DNA from: Octopus sinensis
Lineage: Eukaryota
Assembly (NCBI RefSeq): GCF_006345805.1
Contig: NC_043016.1
Location: 2,418,001 to 2,482,000, forward strand
DNA: 64,000 bases
Direction: 5' to 3'
Numbering within the stretch: the first letter of the stretch is position 1; each line of letters starts with the position of its first letter. The notes beneath the pieces are model-generated. The model searched no databases. It was not told where the DNA came from and worked only from the letters and a program-made list of their open reading frames with translations. Below are positions 48,673 to 61,957 of this stretch, one piece after another. Made by a program: the position numbers and the translations under genes.

Positions 48673-49745
48673 TGATCTGTATGTCTGTTACAATCACTCG
48701 CCGAGACACACCCAGCGTCCTAGAGCGAGTGAAGGTTAAGAGATGTTACAGCATGACTGAAAGCTTGGAGAGGGAAGTGGCAGGGGAAGTAGCGAAATAT
48801 ATTCTTGTAATACAACACATATTTAAATGGATAGGGGCTTTCTAAGGATGTGTGCAGTACTTATCAGCATAATTTGGATTTCTTTGAGACATGGCTCTCC
48901 TGGGATCTTAGCTAGATATTCCTGACAACCCTTTTTTATAATACCTAGGGCACTCGCAATAACAGGAACAGTTCTCGTTTTAAAGTGTCACATCTTTTGT
49001 ATTTTAATGCCCAGGTCTTTATATTTACTTAATTTGTCAAATTCCTTTACAGATATATGTTTATCAGTTGGAACACTAACATCTATTAGTCTATTAGTAT
49101 TTTGTTCTCTGTTTTTATTAATTATGTCTAGTCGATTAGCCTTGATCGTTCTGTTACTGTTGACTAGAAAATCCCAGAGGATAGTGACATTTTTACTTTC
49201 AACGACTGACTCAGGATGATGTTTATACCAGTAAGCAGGATTGCTGTTTTGTAGTGTTTACACATTTCCCAATGTAAATACTGTCGTACTCTATCCTGGC
49301 GATTTTTTCATTCGTTTGGTGTCAATGCAGGACATTCCAAGACGAGATTATCTATTGTTTCGTCAAATGTGTCACAGAATCTGCATTTAGGGTCAGAACC
49401 ATTTTAAAAAACGTTCGCCGAGCAGATTTTGGTTAACAAGCTTCGATCTTGTGTCACCAATATGAAAACTTCATTCTCTGCTTTCAGTCCTGAACATCTC
49501 AGCCACTGATGGGTTGTTGCTTGGTCTACATCAGCCCTTCGAATTCGAAGTATATACTGTCCATGCAGAGATTTCTGGCTCCACCACCCCTCAGTTTGTT
49601 TCTGCCCGTTCTTTTTTGCAGCCTACTTCATCCGTTTTGCTTCTTTTGTGACAGTGGTTTCAGCTTCATCATCTAATTCAGGGTTAATGCCAAGTTCCTT
49701 TGCGAATTTGCCAGCTTCTCTGGCACTAGAATGTGATATTTTGAT
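48668..49745 (-). mobile_element. R4/Dong-type LINE 3' fragment (different subfamily)
   Basis: LHGQY..ADVDQATTHQWLRCSGLKAENE, DPKCRFCDTFDETIDNLVLECP, WYKHHPESVVESKNVTILWDF, IKANRLDI..IDVSVP..KEFDKLSKYKDL, STAHILR; ends AAAACTA-(TAA)n. Confidence 0.9.
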
Positions 49746-50260
<515 letters not shown>

Positions 50261-50534
50261 ATTCTCGATGAAGCCACATAAAAGACAAAGCTGTGGATGA
50301 TATTCGGTGTGGAAAGAAATAAAAAGCAGACAGGTAAAGACAGCTTGAATGAATGAAACCAACAAATAAATAAACCAATAAACATAGGCCGAATGAAAAT
50401 AAAGATGGTCAATAATTCTCCCTCGCCTAACATTGCACATCTACCCATTTTTGCCAGATTTGTGTTAATATCAATATGTAGCCATCTTCCTAGTTGAAAT
50501 GTCCACTGCGTTTTTTTGTCTATATTTATTTCGT

Positions 50535-50567
50535 ACATACACACATACATACATACATACATACATG

Positions 50568-50599
<32 letters not shown>

Positions 50600-50625
50600 C
50601 ATACATGCATACATACATACATACA

Positions 50626-50656
<31 letters not shown>

Positions 50657-50710
50657 CATACATACATACATACATACATACATACATACATACATACATA
50701 CATACACGTA
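50535..50710. repeat. (TACA)n microsatellite
   Basis: Direct reading. Confidence 0.97.
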
Positions 50711-51109
50711 CAAATATAATGTTTGCTAGCATATCCACCTGTCCATACCCCTGGTCTTTATTTGATTTAACAGATCAAACTAAACATCCACTAATAGGAT
50801 TTCCATCTGACAAAATGCTATAAATTCATTCATTGTGCCTGCAATCACATCCCATCCTCTCTTCCTCTCCACATCCAATCCCGCGAAACAAACGTTTAGA
50901 CAGGATTTGCATCTTTAACTTAATATGTTTGTACATGTACATATATATATATGTGTGTGTGTGTGTGTGTACACACACAGACGCAAAGAGGTCTATTAGC
51001 ATATAAATATTGATGGGGCTGAGAAACCGGTAGAAAATCCCACTCACACACCGTACGTAGGTAGACATGAACAGAAAAATATACAGCAAAATTACGCTAA
51101 TTTAGCAGC

Positions 51110-51165
51110 GCCAAAAGCATCATAATCATCATCATCCTCCTCATCATCATCATCATCATCATCAA

Positions 51166-51230
<65 letters not shown>

Positions 51231-51474
51231 CTATCACCGTCATCAGGATCGTTATCATCATCATTGTCATCACCACTATCATCATCATCATCATCTGTAT
51301 CATCAGTATTATCAGGATCATCGTTATTAACATCATCATAATCGTTATCGTATCGTCGCCATGATCATCGCCATCATTATTACCTTCGTCGTCATCGTCG
51401 TCGCATTCCTCATCATCATCGGTAGTGGCGGCAGCAGCAGTAGCAGCAGCAGCAGTAGCAGCAGTAGCAGTAGC

Positions 51475-51549
<75 letters not shown>

Positions 51550-51720
51550 TGTCGTTGTTGTTGTAGTGGTGGTGGTGGTGGTGGTGGTGGTGGTGGTGGT
51601 GGTGGTGGTGTTTGTAGTGGTTGTGGTAGTGCTTGTGTTCGCGGTTGCGGTGGTTATAAGAGCAACATCGAAACCGCCGCCGCCGCCGCCGCCAGCTGCA
51701 GCAACGGTAGCTGTAGTCAA
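51110..51720. repeat. Compound trinucleotide arrays (CAT, CAG/TAG, GTT, GGT, GCC)
   Basis: Direct reading. Confidence 0.95.
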
Positions 51721-52634
51721 GTTTTTGTTGTATCTACGCAATAGACGAGATGTATGTGAACGTTCAAAGAACAAAAAAAATGAGTACATAAAAGTAAAAA
51801 AAAAAGTACTGAAAAAAATAATAAATCAGAAAAAAGATTCAAATAAAGAAAAGAAACATAAAAACTACAACAAACGCGGAAAAACAAAAAAGAAAAATAC
51901 AAAAATAACAGGCAGAAAAAGACACAGGTTGTCATAGCAAAAGCAGGAAATAATAATAATGTTGGCTGGAGCGTGATCATGCATGTCAGAGCTTGCTGGG
52001 GACATTAATAGCTTCGCCAGTGGCAGCGATAAAGCATCACTGAGCTTTATAACTCTTAAGATAACTAGAGTAAAAGAGTTATAAGCTGAGAAGGCGAGCT
52101 GACAGCCTATGATATCACTGAGATGATAAAGATATCTTCACGGGCGAAGATTTATGACGGTTCTGCTAGATTAGTAGAGACCAAGGAGACATATGATGCA
52201 GAGCGAGATAAAAAAAAAAAAAGTTTATATATTTATGTAGATGTGTGCGGATATATGTATACATATGTGTGTGTGTGTAGATATATGTGTGTATATATGT
52301 ATATATATATATAAATATATATATATATGCCGATATGTAGATATGTATGTAGGTATGTATGTAGGTATATGTATGCATATATATATATGTGTGTGTGCGC
52401 GCGTATGTTTATATATGTATATTCACACGCAAACGTCTATGTACATGTATATATATATATATATTATATATATATATATATGTATGTATGTATATGTGTG
52501 TATATTTATGTATACATACATAAATATATATATGTATGTATGCATGTATGTATGTATATATATATATATGTGTGAGTGTATGTGCATATATATGCATATA
52601 TGCATATACATAGATATATGTATATATATATGTA

Positions 52635-52669
<35 letters not shown>

Positions 52670-53174
52670 GTGTGTGTGTGTGTATGTGTGCGTGTATGAG
52701 TGTGTGTGTGTGTATGTATATATGTAAATATAAAAATTGTAGAATAGGCTCGTTGAAGTCGTTGTTATTGTTGCTGTACATGTTGTTGATGATGATGTTG
52801 TTTTCTTGCTGTTGGAAAGGACTTTTTTATTTGTTGGTTTCTTTATTATTTATATAATTTATTATTATTTGTTTACTCTTGATTCTTTTTGATGTTGTTA
52901 TTGTTGATTTGTTTCTTTTTCTTTGTTATTGTTTTGTTTTGTTTTTACTTCTATTTCCACCGATCCCGTCAACATCAACAACATTGACTTTTAGATCTGA
53001 AAATGTCCAATTATGCTACATGTTGGATTCTATGGAATAAAAATTAAACAGAAATAAATTAATTAGTAAAATTAATAATAACGGTGGTTTCTTTGATTGG
53101 ACATTAGAGGCTCAAGACATTGTGGACAATATAAACGGACGAAATTCATCACACAAAAGAGAATTCAAATCAGT

Positions 53175-53650
53175 TAATTTCTTTATTAACCATGAGGTTG
53201 AGAAAAAGAGGGGACAATACGGGGACAGACAAAACAAACATTGGGGTCAGGGTATCGAATGAGACGAAACGTATGAATAAACAATTAAAATATATACAAT
53301 CAAATGAGGATGAGTGATTAACAAAAAAATGAAGCGGAGGACGCGGTTGACCCTACAAACCACATACTCACACTGAAGACTTTGCTTTCTCCTTTTCTAC
53401 ATTCCCGATTAAACAGGTTCTTTCACTCGCAACATATTTCCTATAGACTTCCATCTGTTACGAAACACACTTTGCGACAGGCATTTCTTCTCCAGCCTTA
53501 TTTTCCGTTTCATGTGGAAAACGAAAAAGTCGATTAGCTCGAGACTGGAGATAAACATGCCTGTTGCAATTCTTTTTACTCTCGTCTTCCATACTACTTC
53601 TTTCGCCATAGCAACAGTCATAGGCAAACGAACAAAAATATATTCAAAAC
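53175..53650 (-). mobile_element. Tx1-clade LINE 3' fragment (older subfamily)
   Basis: VAMAKEVVWKTRVKRIATGMFISSLELIDFFVFHMKRKIRLEKKCLSQSVFRNRW aligns to the C-terminus of copies A and B; ends AATAAAGAAATTA. Confidence 0.8.
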
Positions 53651-53869
53651 GCTATAACAAAGATATTAAAGTAACATTCCATCAAAAATTTCAATAAAAA
53701 AAATTCTCCAAAAATGGGACTGTCCACGTATGACAATTCGAAGGAAACTAAATGCAACAAAATAACTCGAATTACTCTGCTATCTCCAAGATATCAAAAT
53801 TATCCGCTCTCAGTTTATTTCCTCCTACTTAGAAAAGCATACTCAGGTGGGGTCCATACAGAAGTTTAA

Positions 53870-54450
53870 ATGAGTAGATAAGTGTCGATGACCTAGGATG
53901 GGATTAACTCTGGGCATCAACGAGAACAATGTAAACAGTCTCTTCCAGAGGACTTTCAATTTGGGGACTATGGATAACTTCCAAAAGTCTTGTCAAGACA
54001 GTTTTACAGGGAGGTCATACCTGTTCAAAATAGGCTCTAGAAGAATGAATGTGCCAACAGCCGAACCTGTCCGAGATAAGTGCAGATGATACGAAACCGT
54101 TCTGCCCGTGTATTAGTGAAGTGTGTCGAACAGATGCTATCTCGTGTAGGACGAAAACTACACGCCGAGTCTTTCGTGACAATCGACACTTTACCATCTT
54201 TTGGCAGAGAAGTGACATAAATATTACTCTACTTAGTAGTTATTGTGAAAGAAATTGTGTGGTGTGCTCGTCTAAAATATTTAGAAACAGGCATTTTCCT
54301 ATATGTTTCATCTCTCATCAGCTTTTTCAAGTACTAGTTGTAGAGGAAGGTGAGGACAGAGAGGGAAGTGCTGCCATCTAGTGTGTTTACCGAAAGGTAG
54401 ATGAGAGGAACAAGATGATCTTGTTCAGGTATCATAGTGCCGTGAGTACT
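53870..54450 (+). mobile_element. Tx1-clade LINE ORF2 C-terminal fragment, heavily decayed
   Basis: LFQRTFNLGTMDNFQKS, VEQMLSRVGRKLHAESFV, LVVIVKEIVWCARLKYLETGIFL..LISFFKY*L*RKVRTEREVL. Confidence 0.8.
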
Positions 54451-54759
54451 TGGAAACATTCTAGATGCCAAATGTTCAACATCGTTCTGCGCTTTGATTT
54501 ATTACTGCGATTCCATCGAGATGAGCTGTGGGAGGCGTCGCAAGAAAAACACCCACAATCGTTCACCCTTGTTTTCGTTAGCGTTGTCAACATAACTGTA
54601 ATCCAGGTATTTCTGCTCGTGCTTCAACTTCATAGCGCACCGATGCGTCATCAAGGGTGGCGTCCCAAAAGCATTATGGAGTGGATGTTTGCAATGGTAT
54701 AATTTAAAGAGAGTAGTAAAAAATCGACAACAGTATCAGGCACAACAGCGATAATATAA

Positions 54760-54925
54760 TAACGTTTGATTCTAGGTACAATACCTCAGATTTTAGGATA
54801 GGGGATTAGTCGATTCCAGATAAATATTTTATTTTATTGGCCTGGAAGGATAAAAAGCATAATTGACTTTGGCGGGAAATTAACTCAGAATATAAAATGT
54901 CGGAATATGGTAAAGCATTTCCAGA
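54760..54925 (-). mobile_element. SINE family A, degraded
   Basis: GAAGGATAAAAAGCATAATTGACTTTGGCGGGAAATTAACTCAGAA core with a tail-3-like end. Confidence 0.5.
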
Positions 54926-56372
54926 AAAATACATCATCAAAAGGTTACATTACACAGGGTCTTACACAGAAGTGTGAAGTAGGATGGAGAAGATGACAGA
55001 GGTGACAAAGATGTTATACAATATACAACTGAGTTAATTAGAAATTTATAAGACACAAAATTTGACACCGAAATAAATAAAATGATAAAAACATTAATTA
55101 ATACAAAACATTTATACAAAATTTAAATCTCCAAAATTTAAATCTCCAAGGACATCCAACTTCTCTGATAACACTTGCCTGAAGTATGCTTTATGAAATG
55201 TCTACGGGTTAGGGATTCTAAAATTATCCGTCTGAAGTCTTTGTGTTATTTCAGGCAAGTAAAACACTATGCATTACTGCATTACTGAAATACAACTTTT
55301 TAAAGACTCTCTCTCTGAAATTCAAGCTTTTATTCTTCCGTTTCTGTGCTGTTTAAATTATGAAACTATACTCTTCTCAATCTGTACATCGCTTTGCTAT
55401 TCCTTGTATGCATTGTATAAGGGCTTTATTAGAACATTGTTTTATTTGCAAACAGTTGAGAATTTCATCTCATCGAAGTCAGATTGCACATTGCAGGTCG
55501 TTGCTTATGAATTCTTACTCAGCAGGAGTGTCTCCGATGCCTTTACTTCACATCGTATTTTAAAATTTTTTTCTGCTTTCCATTTTTTTCCTCAGGTCTT
55601 TCTCTGCACTATTTTTATGATATCTCCTTTTCCTCCATGAATCACTGTTTGGTTCCTATCCTTGTAAGTGGATAAATTGACAGATCCCCGAGAAGGTAAT
55701 CACTGATCGTTTCGTAATAGTTGTTACTACTCTAGTTAACTCTCTGTGCCTTCGCTGGTATGTATGTATGTATATATGTATCAATGTATGTATGTACGTA
55801 CGTATGTATGTATGTTGTGGTTGTTGTTGTTGCTGAAATGACTGTTTTCTTCCATTCAGTATAGGTTTTTTGACTTACAATTAAAACATCGTTCCCCCTT
55901 TTCTGTTTTTCCTTCTTTTTTTTACCTGGGTAAGAAGTGTCATTTTATACATTTTAGCTTTCGTTTACCGAAATAAGGGCCGAGGCATTCTGTGTATTTT
56001 GGGGACTTGTTTGTTTCTGCTGTTTTTCCTTTTTTTTTTGTTCTTTGCTTCTTATTTTGTCGGATACATCACGACAAAATAGAGAAAGCTGGAAAGGCTA
56101 GTCATTTTATGGATCACGGATTAAACTATCACATTTTCCTGAGTCACTTATTAGGCCACAAGAACTCACAGCAGTGGTATGCGGGTGAGGAAGACAATAC
56201 AAGAATGAAAAACAAAGCCTAATGTATGTTTATTTACATCGATTAAAGGACAAGATAAAAAATTACAACAAAAACGAAATAGAGACTAATAGAACCTCAA
56301 AAACAAAATGCCTTCAAAAGTAAGAAACAATCGTCTTAAAATGATTTAGAGCTCCAACTTCCTCCCTTTTCG

Positions 56373-56424
<52 letters not shown>

Positions 56425-56936
56425 GTTTATATTAAGAGTAAGTAATTCATCGTCTTTTATTATTTCTTTTAGGTTTATTTTCCTGATTTACTTTTTCTCT
56501 CCGTAACTCACCGTTACCAAATTCGTCACCTTTCTTCTTTTATAGGATGTAAAATGTCATGACGGTTAACCTGGACTGCGGCCAAACATATAAATATATA
56601 TATATGCACATATAAGGCATGATAAAAATACGAAAGAACACAGCAGAGATAATTATATTTTTTAAAATTATGCTCCCATTTTTAAGGGGTGAAAGAAGAA
56701 GAAGAAGAACAACAACAACAACAACAATAACAACAACAACAGTAGCAACAGCAACAAGAATGGCGGCGTAGATGACGATGACGAGGTAAAGACGTAGAAG
56801 TGAGTAGTAAGGGGAGGAGCAGAGAAGGACGATGGTGTGAAGGACGAGGTGGTCGAGGAAATTATCGAAGAAATCGGCTAAATTATATAATGTTCAACTT
56901 TCAGTTCAACAAAACCGAGTGCCTATTTAACGTCTA

Positions 56937-56980
<44 letters not shown>

Positions 56981-57232
56981 TGTGTGTGAGTGTGTGTGTG
57001 GTGTGTATATGAGGCAATGCGTGTCTTTGCGCGCGAGTTTGTGTGATTATATAATAGGAGTTCTGGAGACACGTAGGTATATAATCATAGAGAAGGAAAG
57101 AGACCGAGAGAGAGACTGATGAAGCAATGAAATGTACTTTAACCAGAAATGGACTAGGGAATGTGCATAGGTGACAAAAGACAGAGAGGAATTGACTGCA
57201 ACAAGGGACAAACAGATATATATATATATATA

Positions 57233-58428
57233 CTAGCTGAAGGTGACCCGCTCTACGCGCGGGTAAGAGTGTGGTTGTTACTTTCTGTTGCTTCCTTTCA
57301 GCACGTAAAAAGCACCATCCGAACGTGGCTGATTGCAGCGCCACCTTGACTGGTTTCTGTGCCGGTGGCATGTAAAAAGTACCAACCGATCGTGGCCGCT
57401 GCCAGCCCCCCCTCGCACCTGTGCCGGCGGCACGAAAAAAGCACCCACTACGCTCACAGAGTGGTTGGCGTTAGGAAGGGCATCCACCTGTAGAAACACT
57501 GCCAGATCAGACTGGAGCCTGGTGCAGCCTCCTGGCTTCCCAGATCCCGGTCAAACTGTCCAACCCGTGCTAGCACGGAAAACGGACGTTAAACGACGAT
57601 GATGATGATGATGATGATGATTCTCCCTCTTTGTTTCTCTCTCCTTTCGCTGTCACTTTCCCCACTCTCTCACTCTTCCTTTCTCTCGGACTCTCCCTCG
57701 CTTTCTCTTACTATCTATCCTTATCTATCTCTCTCCCATTTATAAACAACAAAAGATCTTGAGTAAGTTGAGAAATAAAATATTTAGAAAGATCAATCAT
57801 AAATATCAGGCAGTAACAACGGAAAGGTCTGCTTCAAGGCAGACAGCAAAAACTAACATTTAAAAGGGACAGATGAACTTGCGAGCTGAATAAAAATAAT
57901 AAAATATTGGAAACCAAAGTTTGAAGGGATAGAATGGGAGGATAGTAGAGTCACCATGGCTGGCATTTGTTAACGACGGACAGCAACGTTTTGACAGTTT
58001 AACGGGTGACGTAAAATTTTGAACTTGATGTAAAAGAAAATCCCTAAACACCAAGTTTTGAAGTGATTCTTTCTCACGACAGTAGACTCACCATGGCAAG
58101 CATTCAAAACTTCTTCATCATGGACGGCAACACATTGACGATTAAAAGGCTGGCGCAAATTTTTTAGCTTGATGTAACAAAGAATTCCTAAACACCCGCT
58201 CCTTTAAATTTTAATCCCCTTCCAGCCCCATTTAGACCCCTTTTCACATTTTGGTTAATATAACCCGATTTCATTGGGTGTACTGGGGCCACATTTTATA
58301 AGATGAGGAATTTTGTCCTAGAGGTCACGCGTTTCATTTGAGGAAAAAAAATAGTTGTCATGCAAACTTGCCAGCACTTTTAACATAGGTCTGCATATTT
58401 TCAGCTGAACCGACCACATAACGCACAC

Positions 58429-58467
<39 letters not shown>

Positions 58468-58471
58468 TATA

Positions 58472-58518
<47 letters not shown>

Positions 58519-59295
58519 TATATGTGTATGTGTGTGTGTTGGAGTGTCTCTCATACGTGAGCGTTGACGCTGAATTCGACTGGTAAGCAGGTAACCTTGT
58601 CTTTGTTGAAATAGTTGTGAGCTGCTGGAGTTATTTCTCTGACGGGTAATAGGAATTTCCATATCCTCCGAGGAACCAGACAATTAGAATTAATTTTAAT
58701 AAAAGCATCAATTTGAGAAAAAATAATAAAGTAGTAAAAAATGAAAATTTAGCACGAAAAATTTGCAGGGTTCTAAATAAATGTTAAAATGTAATAGATA
58801 CGAAAAACCCACGTTATCACCAGAACATGAACGCTCGTTGGTGTGTTGTGTTTGTATTTGCTCCATCGGCGCGTTGACAGGCAGACAATAAAATGCGATG
58901 GCGAGATTGATAATATTTGTTGTCATGATTGTGAGTTGGTGGTGGCGATGGTAATTCTCTCTATGAATGCAGACAGATATATAAAAGAACGCTGTTTGCG
59001 GAAGTGAAAGTAATGGGAATGTAGGAAATAGAGTGAGTGAAAAAGTGCTGGGAAGAGAGGAAATAGCGAGAGTGAGTTGAGGAAGACAGATACATTAAAG
59101 AACACGAGTGGACTTGTCAAAGTGGGTTTTTGGCCCTAGCAACGACACCTTTTAAGATATGGATTTCTAAGGTAGCCCACAAACATCGTCACCTCATTTT
59201 ACATGTCCCTGTAAATTTTGGAGTGAATCCGACGGGATGTAGTGGTCTTGAAAGCGATCCAAGCGGTAAAAACGCATTTCAGTTTTATAGATAGA
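57233..59295 (-). mobile_element. Non-autonomous Helitron H1
   Basis: Minus strand begins TCTATCTATAAAACTG and ends ACCCGCGCGTAGAGCGGGT hairpin-CACCTTCAG-CTAG, followed by T; no TSD. Confidence 0.88.
57297..57620 (+). mobile_element. RTE-tail-like short element inside H1
   Basis: Three GCACGTAAAAAGCACC-type subrepeats, then GGCGTTAGGAAGGGCATCC...GGACGTTAAACGA-(GAT)n; the (GAT)n tail is RTE-like. Confidence 0.65.
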
Positions 59296-61248
59296 CTAGC
59301 TGAAGGTGACCCGCTCTACGCGCGGGTAAGAGTGTGGTTGTTACTTTCTGTTGCTTCCTTTCAGCACGTAAAAAGTACCATCCGAACGTGGCGGGTTGCA
59401 GCGCCGCCTTGACTGGCTTCTGTGCCAGTGACACGTAAAAAGCACCAACCGATCGTGGCCGCTGCCAGCCCCCCTGGCGCCTGTGCCGGCGGCACGAAAA
59501 ATGCACCCACTACGCTCACAGAGTGGTTGGCGTTAGGAAGGGCATCCACCTGTAGAAACACTGCCAGATCAGACTGGAGCCTGGTGCAGCCTCCTGGCTT
59601 CCCAGACCCTGGTCAAACTGTCCAACCCGTGCTAGCACGGAAAACGGACGTTAAACGATGATGATGATGATGATTCTCCCTCTTTGTTTCTCTCTCCTTT
59701 CTCTCTCACTTTCCCCACTCTCTTACTCTTTCTTTCTGTCGGACTCTCCCACGCTTTCTCTTACTCTCTATCTTTATCTATCTCTCTCCCATTTATAAAC
59801 AACAAAATATCTTGAGTAAGTTGAGAAATAAAATATTTAGAAAGATCAATCATAAATATCAGGCAGTAACAACGGAAAGGTCTGCTTCAAGGCAGACAGC
59901 AAAGCACTAACATTTAAAAGGGACAGACGAACTTGCGAGCTGAATAAAAATAATAAAATATTGGAAACCAAAGTTTGAAGGGATAGAATCTGAGGGTAGT
60001 AGAGTCAGCATGGCTGGCATTTCTTAACGACGGACCGCAACGTTTTGACAGTTTAACGGCTGGTGTAAAATTTTGAACTTGATGTAAAAGAAAATCCCTA
60101 AACACCAAGTTTTGAAGTGATTCTTATTCACAACAGTAAACTCACACTGGCAAGCATTCAAAACTTCATCATCATGGACGGCAACACATTGACGATTAAA
60201 AGGCTGGCGCAAATTTTTTAGCTTGATGTAACAGAGAATTCCTAAACACACGCTCCTTTAAATTTTAATCCCCTTCCAGCCCCATTTATACCCCTTTTCA
60301 CATTTTGGTTAATATAACGTGATTTCATTCGGGTGTACTGGGGCCACATTTTATATGATGAGGAATTTTGTCCTAGAGGTCACGCGTTTCATTTGAGGAA
60401 AAAAAATAGTTGTCATGCAAACTTGCCAGCACTTTTAACATAGGTCTGCATCTATGTATGTGTGTGTGTATGTGTATGTATGTGTGTATGTGTGTGTATG
60501 TATGTGTGTGTGTATGTATGCATTTCCATTGAGTCAACCTCATTTCTACATAGCAGACCGTTACATAAACAGACAAAGGTACATACATACATGCACACTC
60601 ACACATACATACACACACATACACACATACACATACATACACACACACACATACATAGATACATACACACACACACATACATGCATACATACATATACAC
60701 ATACATGCATACACACGCACGCACTACAAAAACCGAGTAAAAAATTTCAGTTATCTCTCTCTTTCACACAGACAGATACATAAAAGAAGGCCGTTTGTAT
60801 GAAATAGAGTGAGTATTGTGTGTTGGTGGTGGTGGCGATGATAATTATCATTAGGAAAAAGAGTGAGTGAGTGAGGAAGACATATACATAAATTGTGACG
60901 ATGATAATTCTCCCTATGAATGCAAACAGATACATCAAAGAAAGCCGCCTGACGACCTTATAAAGGCAAAGTGAAAGGGAGTTGAGGGGAATACATTAAA
61001 TAACGGGAGTGGACATTGTCAACGTTATAAATGAAGGGGAGTAAGAGAGGGAAAGAAGGAAATAGTGTGAGTGAAGAAGATGGCCCCTAGCAACCACACC
61101 TTTAAGATAGGGATTTCTAAGGGAGCCCACGCGCATCGTCACCTCATTCTACATGTCCCTGTAAATTTTGGAGCGAATCGGACGGGTCGTAGTGGCATTG
61201 AAAGCGATCCAAGCGGTAAAAAACGCATTTCAGTTTTATATATAGAGA
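59296..61248 (-). mobile_element. Non-autonomous Helitron H2 (head-to-tail with H1)
   Basis: A|TCTCTATATATAAAACTG start; the same hairpin-CTAG end at 59296-59331; about 1.15 kb of the 3' part is closely similar to H1. Confidence 0.88.
59360..59672 (+). mobile_element. RTE-tail-like short element inside H2
   Basis: Same sequence and same position relative to the CTAG end as 57297-57620. Confidence 0.65.
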
Positions 61249-61255
61249 TTTTAAG

Positions 61256-61299
<44 letters not shown>

Positions 61300-61307
<8 letters not shown>

Positions 61308-61871
61308 CTGTAATTGGCCCTATGTCTATCCGTCTGTCCATGGCCTTTTTACGGCCAAACGACTGGTCACACTTGCACGAAACTTGGCAGACTTACTAAG
61401 GACGTCGTCTCGAGAATGGTTTATATCATGTTTAAAACAATTTATTGGAAAGACTTGTTACACTGCTTCGATTCGTACGAAACTAAGGAAGCCATTTCCG
61501 TAAAAGATTTCTTTTATCTATTTATTTCCTTTCTCTGTGTGAGACAGCAAAGGGACTCCTTTCGACAGGAAGTGTGTCGATGGGATGTGCGACTCAGAAA
61601 GTGTGTCACACAGAGAGACTGGCAGACAGACAGACAGACAAACAATCAGAGAAAGAGAGAAAAAGAATACACAGACAGACAGAAAGAGTGAGAAAGGTCA
61701 GTGTATGTGTGCGTTTCTTTTAACCCCATCAACACACTTCCTCTACAACGATTTAGTACAGCACCCAGGTCAAAATAAATAAATAAATAAATAAATAAAT
61801 AGACAGACACAGAATAACAGACAAGGAGAAACAAACACAGACACACCCACGAGAGACAGAGAGAAAGACAG

Positions 61872-61957
<86 letters not shown>

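Noticed and set aside
51097-51937. 230-aa and 170-aa ORFs with poly-Thr/Ala/Val/Met runs
   Set aside because: Stop-free frames produced by compound triplet repeats; no domain, splice or composition support.
52044-52087. 11-bp perfect inverted repeat TTATAACTCTT/AAGAGTTATAA
   Set aside because: Short and AT-rich; plausible by chance in 64 kb, with no supporting element ends.
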